DNA of 63,854 nt, counting the filler, from Lenisia limosa (taxonomy: Eukaryota > Protista > Breviatea): NCBI GenBank assembly GCA_001655205.1. It is 7 parts of 7 records of this genome, joined end to end, with 100 filler letters (N's around TTAATTAATTAA, not from the genome) between each part and the next. Parts side by side here need not be neighbours in the genome. Positions count along the whole stretch, not along the records: positions 60,018 to 62,744 come from LPNZ01001274.1; positions 62,845 to 63,854 come from LPNZ01008207.1; 5 more parts are not named here. One strand, given 5' to 3'. Of this stretch, positions 60,970 to 63,854 are shown piece by piece; position 1 is the stretch's first letter; every line of letters starts with the position of its first letter. The notes below the pieces were generated by a model. It searched no databases. It was not told the origin of the DNA and worked only from the letters and a program-made list of their open reading frames with translations. Both the position numbers and the translations under genes were made by a program.

Positions 60970-61362
60970 TTTTATTTCTTCTCTAGAACGCTAAAACCTC
61001 TCTTTTCAAACAGCACCCGTTCAAAAACTCTGTCAAAAAAACCGTTTCACAAAAGCAGTTTTATAGCAAAAATACCTGGGGGTAGAGAGCTGCTGTTGCT
61101 TTTAATCCAACCCCATCACCACCGTTCACTGCATCACTGCAATCACACCCACACCCACACAGTTAACCTCATTAACATTTTTTAACGCTTAGAAGTCAGA
61201 AAAGAGTCGTTCTCTCAGGTACCGCCGATCACAACGCCCCTTCCCCTTCATCCATCTGACTCAACGTTCCACCTGCTTACCTAATGCTTACCCTGCTGAA
61301 CTAACCAAGCAAAGCCAACTTAATCCAAGCACCTTCAGCTTTCCTCTGTTGTGAACGTCTTC

Positions 61363-62142
61363 ATGTCAAAATTCAAACTCTCGAAGCTGGCATACGACAC
61401 GGCTAATGACCAAGCACATTATTGTGTGGCGTCATGCACCCATGCCGGTCTGAGGACACTGGAAGGAGTGGTGCAATTCTCCTCCATCACTGAGCTGGTT
61501 GTGTCACATAACGAACTGGGCTTTGACGACTCCGACGATGACAATGAAGACGAGATCGATGTGCATTCCCCTCTTCTTGCTCTGAAGAAGCTTGCTGTGC
61601 TTGACCTTTCCCATAATCAGTTGGACACCGTGTTGCCGTGGAGCCATTCTGAGGGATCACCTGTCATTTCCGAAGCAGATTATTCCTTCAACAGGATATG
61701 CACTCTCCAGCCCAACCTTGGGGCTGAGCATGTCTTGCTCAAGAAGTTGAACCTTGACGGTTTGTTTCATTAATCTAATTCGATAATAATCTCGACTCGC
61801 TGGATGGCCTTCAAAATGCTGTCAGTTTAACGTGGCTTTCGGTTAACAATAATCAACTTGAGAACCTCAATGGGATTGAAGGTCTTTCATTGCTGTATCT
61901 TTCTGTTCACTCAAATTTAATTGACGGTATGATTAGATTTTTTAATGTTAGATCTTCTCCCTTTGGCAGAAGTCCCATCACTTTTGGAACTGAATGTCAG
62001 TAACCAAAAGATCTCCTCAGTCCAGGACCTTCACAATTTGAAGCATTTGGTCAAACTGACTCTAGACGATACGACGGTCACAGACATTGGATGCCTCTCC
62101 GATCTGCTCCACCTTCGGTTTGCTGGAATTTCTCGACAATAA
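61363..62142 (+). CDS. SDS22-type leucine-rich repeat protein, LRGUK/LRRC23-like (likely flagellar)
   Basis: ITELVVSHNEL, LAVLDLSHNQL, ISEADYSFNRI, LKKLNLD|DNNLDSLDGLQNAVSLTWLSVNNNQLENLNGIEGLSLLYLSVHSNLI, LLELNVSNQKI. The repeat order resembles the LRGUK N-terminal LRR region (from memory). Confidence 0.8.
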
Positions 62143-62744
62143 GAGCAATAATTGGAATACTTTTTTCAAACGACGAGGATGGCTTCAGCCCCATTTTATA
62201 TTCTTCAATTCTACCATTACCATACTGCCTTGGGTGTACAGTACCATAATAATACGTAGTATAACATTGAGTCCATGAAACACAGTTATTTTAATGGATT
62301 TTTGACAGGTTGAGGGATTTTCTGAGTAATTGAAGAGAAAAGGTAACTATGTACCGTCTTTGATTATTATAGTTTTCCTTTTTTGTACAATTCTTTACCA
62401 AGAATAACTCTTCTTTCACATCACCATTGATATGTGATTTTGAGGAAGGTTCTCTTGTATCCAAGATTCCAAGCAGTATCGCCCAAGCATTTGAATTCTG
62501 AAATCAAGTAATCTAGCTCGGATTGAGCCGATATATTCTCTCGATATCGCATAACATAGGGCGGGCATATGGCGGTCCATATGGCTTGATTATTGAATAT
62601 GTTGTATTAGTTGAATGAAGATAGATCAGTCTCTGTTTTCATGATAATTTTGTTGAAAATGACCTCAGGGACTGCGATCGATAATCCCAATAACTAGGGG
62701 GTTAATCATCCTTTAATCATTTCTAAATATCCTTGTCGTATTTC

Positions 62745-62844
62745 NNNNNNNNNNNNNNNNNNNNNNNNNNNNNNNNNNNNNNNNNNNNTTAATTAATTAA
62801 NNNNNNNNNNNNNNNNNNNNNNNNNNNNNNNNNNNNNNNNNNNN
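62745..62844. other. Artificial contig-joining spacer
   Basis: N44-TTAATTAATTAA-N44. Confidence 0.95.
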
Positions 62845-63073
62845 CAACACACGCACAGATTTATTCCATTTTTTCAATCGCTTCTGACATGGGTATGGAA
62901 CACATTCTCTCCCATAGAAAAATCCAAACACCTAGTTGTCATCAAAAACCTTAGTGGCTAAATACAAGAATGGGGCAGTCCCAAAAGATGAGGGAGGACA
63001 AAGGAAGCTCCATGAAGACCTTCGGACGAACCAGAGCACCTTCTCAATCCGGGTGATGCCTTCATGACCCCCG

Positions 63074-63460
63074 TTGAACCCCCTGCCAGATCCGCTCTCT
63101 ACTCNNNNNNNNNNTATTAATATGATTCAAGCAGCCAAGAAGGAGAATATTTCAAGTGAGAAAACTGCTGAGGCTTGGGCAGTGATTGCTGAACATCGTA
63201 ACCAAATTACCGAAAAGGACACTAAGTTCTTTGAAAAAAATCCAGGTGTTTTACCATGGAATGACCTAAAATTTGTTGGAAAGACTCAACTTCAACCTTT
63301 TGAAGCTGGAAAGAAGAAGAGAAAGAGCATTGCTACACATTCTGCAGATAATTGGACTGAAGTATTGTTGGAAAATTGGAAGAAAGAAATGGCAAGAATC
63401 AAGATAATGTCGAAGAAAAGAAGAGAAAACATGCAGAAGCAAGAAAAGGTTTTTAAATAA
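63074..63460 (+). CDS. Lys/Glu-rich ORF fragment, possibly repeat-element derived
   Basis: Open across a short N gap, A-rich codons, no introns, about 260 bp upstream of a dispersed repeat shared with 21241. Confidence 0.3.
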   Translation: MNPLPDPLSTXXXXINMIQAAKKENISSEKTAEAWAVIAEHRNQITEKDTKFFEKNPGVLPWNDLKFVGKTQLQPFEAGKKKRKSIATHSADNWTEVLLENWKKEMARIKIMSKKRRENMQKQEKVFK

Positions 63461-63718
63461 ATTTGCAAAATTGGAATGACACTACGAAAAAGCCTATGAA
63501 GAAAAATAGGAAATAGAAGTTTGTCGTTTAGTTTTATGTCTTACTTTTAGAAGAAAATCTCATTCTGGGTGTCTACATTTTTCGATTGCTTTTATGAGCT
63601 TTGATGTTTGTAATATTAGAACCTTTCTGAAAAATACAGCTTGTGATGTTTTATACACTGAGAGTTACTGCTTTCCCCTTCGCAACATTTTTTATTGAAT
63701 TAGTGTTTTTTTGAAGAA

Positions 63719-63759
63719 AATAAAAAAAAAAGTGGACACGGTCATGTCTCCCCACCTAT
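63719..63759 (+). repeat. Dispersed repeat, second copy
   Basis: aataaaaaaaaagtggacacggtcatgtctcccacctat matches 21241-21298. Confidence 0.75.
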
Positions 63760-63854
63760 GTATGTATCACACCGTCCATATATCTGTGAATTGTCCTCTA
63801 TCTGTGAAAACAAGCCAAATGAACATTTTCCTTGATAGACTAAGTTGAGTATTA

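Noticed and set aside
6383-62800. Recurrent TTAATTAATTAA motif
   Set aside because: Always centred in an exact 100-bp N spacer, so it is an artificial joiner. Gene adjacency across these points has no biological meaning.

Overview
Eukaryotic (protist-like), AT-rich, intron-dense DNA. The window is not contiguous: six 100-bp artificial spacers (N44-TTAATTAATTAA-N44) join seven unrelated segments (1-6338, 6439-21140, 21241-37169, 37270-52740, 52841-59917, 60018-62744, 62845-63854), and there are many internal N gaps. Genes recognised by manual splicing and translation: CCT6 (chaperonin zeta), XPO1/CRM1 (3' truncated), a divergent RPL4, a TMEM244/SYS1-like membrane protein, a TauE/SafE-family transporter, a small RING-H2 protein, an Eps15-like coiled-coil plus DPF-repeat protein (5' truncated), an ADP-forming acyl-CoA synthetase beta-type domain with a putative organellar targeting peptide (3' truncated), and an LRGUK/LRRC23-like LRR protein. 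Several multi-exon hypothetical genes are also present. This gene set is consistent with a flagellated, probably anaerobic or microaerophilic protist (inference; organism not identified). Repeats include an ~85-100 bp MITE family (8 copies, two subfamilies with compensatory TIR changes), two larger TIR elements and three other short dispersed repeat families. The most striking signal is a class of tiny 21-25 nt introns alongside the usual ~31-200 nt introns. Two of them restore conserved protein register only if they end in non-AG acceptors: GT..TG in RPL4 and GT..CG in the LRR gene. All homology calls are from motif recognition by eye; no database search was run, and coordinates of hypothetical genes are approximate.
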